Positions 62,632 to 64,000 of a DNA stretch of 64,000 nucleotides are shown in pieces (the stretch's first letter is position 1; each line of letters starts with the position of its first letter). Source of the stretch: Euprymna scolopes (lineage: Eukaryota); assembly GCA_053919585.1 (NCBI GenBank), contig CM132785.1, one strand, 5' to 3'. The position numbers were made by a program, and so were the translations under genes. The notes under the pieces are model-generated. The model worked only from the letters and a program-made list of their open reading frames with translations. It did no database searches and was not told the origin of the DNA.

Positions 62632-64000
62632 CACAAAAGTGTTACGGACAGACCGACAAACCGACCGACCGACCGACAGAGTGACTATAGAGTCGCTTGC
62701 ACGCGACTAAAAAGAATAGAAAGTTTATTAAAACTAAAATCAGGAAAAAAATCATTTTCCATTTTTTTTTTCTTCGAACAATTTATTTCTTTCGTCCATA
62801 CTTCTATTATGATAGAAATACTTTCTATTGTATATTATCTTCCAAGACTGTATTCGTATATCAAACCCATAGCACCACTTGTCCCATCCTCATACCTTTG
62901 TGACCCCTATTACCTCCAACCTCTCTTATATTTTCCTCTTTCTGACATTTACCAGATAGTGGGTGGATTTCGTTAGAAAACTATCTGACACAGGACAGTA
63001 AGCAAGCAATGAAGAGTAATATGGCGCCGCAAGCTTCAGTAAGCAAACACAAAGGGCCCAGAAAAGACCTTTTCTTTCCTTCAGAGATAAAAGAGAGACG
63101 AGTAGCGTTTTAGCGACAGGAGAGATATATTACACATGTCTATCGCCTCACATAACTTACGAACAAGGTGTATATAAATATATTAATAAACATTGGAAGT
63201 CGGCGATGTACGGGGGTATCAATTTTATCAATATGAACAAGCCAACTGCAAGATTAAAAAAAAATGACATGGGACGGTCTGTATTAGCTAAAAACATATC
63301 ATTCTGCTTCAGTGAATATTGCGAATATACAAAACCGAAGTTCTAACGTGTCTTCTCATTTGAATGGGGACAAATGATAGGACTTTGATGTTTGCAGACT
63401 TTCGCGAAAATAGGAAATACAGTCACTCCTTCGTGCAAATAACAGCATTTTTTGTGAAAATTCATCGTTTTAATAATAAAAAAAGACATTGCTTCATTTT
63501 GTTGCACATTTGCTATTCTCTGATCGTTCAATATATTTCCCCGTCAAATATCTATTTGACCATTGTTGTCTGTAACAAAGTGTACCGACCTTTTGAATTT
63601 TAATATGTATAATTTTAAATTTGGCATACTGCTAATATGACTTAACTAAAATACATTCATATAATACACCCGTCTCAGAACAGGTAAAATTCTCGTAATG
63701 AAACAGTTGCACCTGGATTCGAAATAAAATAATCGAAAAGGGGTATATATGCCATAAAACAAACCCAAGATACAATTATGCAAGAATTTGTTTCGAATAT
63801 TTGTTCCAATTTGGAGCAAAATCCATTCCTTGATTCTAATTATCGAAAATTTCTTAAAGTCTTAAGCTTAAGAAGTCTTAAGGAAAATAATCCAGAGAAT
63901 CATGCTTATTTGGTATCTTACGATTATGAAAGAATATTTGGTACAAATCTAGAATCAAAGTTATGGTTTATCTTCATTCTTTTAAGACGGATTAAAATGT

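Larger units (their letters stand above)
62173..62713 (+). mobile_element. Helentron-type (HINE) element carrying U2 fragments
   Basis: AACAAG start, sub-TIRs TTAGTCGTGTGCA (62190-62202) / TGCACGCGACTAA (62698-62710), (CCGA)n tract, terminal stem-loop AGTCGC..GCGACT and internal GAATGACTT repeats. Confidence 0.65.

Noticed and set aside
1-64000. Conserved microRNA genes
   Set aside because: No mature sequence of a conserved bilaterian miRNA was recognised by eye; the scan was not exhaustive.

Overview
AT-rich non-coding DNA from a eukaryote, most likely an invertebrate animal, with many (TA)n microsatellites and three N gaps. No host protein-coding exon can be supported; the long ORFs in the supplied track are artefacts of microsatellites and a 29-bp tandem array. 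The window is dominated by decayed mobile elements: nine fragments of one CR1/L2/Jockey-group LINE family, four internally deleted Tc1/mariner elements, Helitron- and Helentron(HINE)-type non-autonomous elements, hAT and foldback MITEs, a 5S rRNA-headed SINE-like element and U2 snRNA 5' fragments. The most notable signal is a dispersed set of type I hammerhead ribozyme motifs. One copy has an intact core (15418-15476, minus strand) and sits downstream of tRNA-like A/B boxes in a ~185-bp cassette embedded in (TA)n, an SMalpha/retrozyme-like layout. A second is nearly intact and lies next to a Penelope-like RT remnant, and about seven more are decayed. Two minisatellites can be traced to transposon ends: 46 x 35 bp built from a mariner TIR plus flanking DNA, and 7 x 46 bp built from a LINE 5' truncation point. 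All calls were made by eye without tools, so family names rest on motif recognition.
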